NCBI GenBank assembly: GCA_045580105.1
Contig: JAZNNH010000043.1
Location: 1 to 51,173 of the forward strand
Length of the DNA stretch: 51,173 nucleotides
Source of the DNA: Eubacteriales bacterium
GTDB lineage: Bacteria; Bacillota; Clostridia; Oscillospirales; SIG627
Direction: 5' to 3'
In this document: positions 50,806-51,173 of the stretch, piece by piece
Numbering within the stretch: the stretch's first letter is position 1
Layout: each line of letters starts with the position of its first letter
Translations under genes and position numbers: made by a program
The notes under the pieces: generated by a model
The model's database searches: none
The model's input: the letters and a program-made list of their open reading frames with translations, nothing else
Told to the model about the DNA's origin: nothing

Positions 50806-50833
50806 GCACTGAATGTCAAAATAGGTGAGAAAA

Positions 50834-51097
50834 ATGTTTAAAAACAAAACAAATAGTGGAAAAAACAATGTTTGCGGAGAACAAATTTATCTGCTAAGAA
50901 AAGCCTATATTCCAAAAATGTCGCAAAGAATCTTGGCTGATAAGCTACAGCTTTTGGGAATTGACGTTGATAAAAATGCGATTCAAAGAATCGAAAGCGG
51001 GCAAAGATTTGTTACCGATATTGAGTTGATTGCGTTAAGAAAAATTTTCAATGTAAGTTACGAACAATTGCTAAACGAAAAACAAAAGCAAGACTAA
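50834..51097 (+). CDS. XRE-family helix-turn-helix transcriptional regulator
   Basis: MSQRILADKLQLLGIDVDKNAIQRIESGQR HTH; ATG 50834 behind aggtga (a GTG at 50825 is possible). Confidence 0.8.
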   Translation: MFKNKTNSGKNNVCGEQIYLLRKAYIPKMSQRILADKLQLLGIDVDKNAIQRIESGQRFVTDIELIALRKIFNVSYEQLLNEKQKQD

Positions 51098-51116
51098 AAT
51101 TCAGTCTTGCTTTTTG
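51086..51116 (+). terminator. intrinsic terminator
   Basis: GCAAGACT-loop-AGTCTTGC followed by T5; the 5' arm overlaps the stop codon. Confidence 0.7.
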
Positions 51117-51173
51117 TTTTACTACCGAAAAGGGGTGGGGCAAGGATAGATTAGTGAAATATTTGCTTCGCAA

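Overview
This 51.2 kb window reads as a Clostridia-class Firmicute chromosome. Evidence: Spo0A with its signature C-terminal domain, the Bacillus/Clostridium-type nusB-xseA-xseB-dxs-tlyA-nadK-argR-recN block, and roughly half GC by eye. I support about 43 CDS, nearly all housekeeping. They include tyrS, cysE, spo0A, hisS, dCMP deaminase, asnA plus a type III glutamine synthetase, an AI-2E permease, tex, an amino-acid ABC transporter, addBA, a DEDDh exonuclease, an acyltransferase and an amidohydrolase. The interest is mainly non-coding. (1) A complete T-box leader at 12.51-12.75 kb most plausibly presents UAC (Tyr). It fronts a six-gene operon: acyl-CoA ligase, Na+/solute symporter, iorA, iorB, a paaK-like ligase and an ACT protein. 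I infer a starvation-induced arylacetate to arylpyruvate to aromatic amino acid salvage route. (2) Five same-orientation copies of a modular BOX/REP-like palindromic repeat family lie at 10.09, 20.08, 25.27, 27.45 and 30.98 kb. They carry a shared bidirectional terminator hairpin and show compensatory stem changes. In 4 of 4 convergent gaps they abut the TAA stop of the minus-strand gene with zero spacing. One copy contains a perfect 53-nt tandem duplication and runs into the asnA Shine-Dalgarno. (3) An AT-rich islet runs from about 48.99 kb to the window end. It holds a promoter/terminator-bracketed 33-aa hydrophobic leaderless mini-ORF, inverted arrays of an AGAAGTA heptamer, and a three-gene envelope operon facing an XRE regulator. 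I saw no rRNA, tRNA, CRISPR array, cas, transposase, integrase or recognisable defence genes, and could not identify a clear novel multi-gene protein system. All similarity calls are from motif recognition by eye, not from searches.
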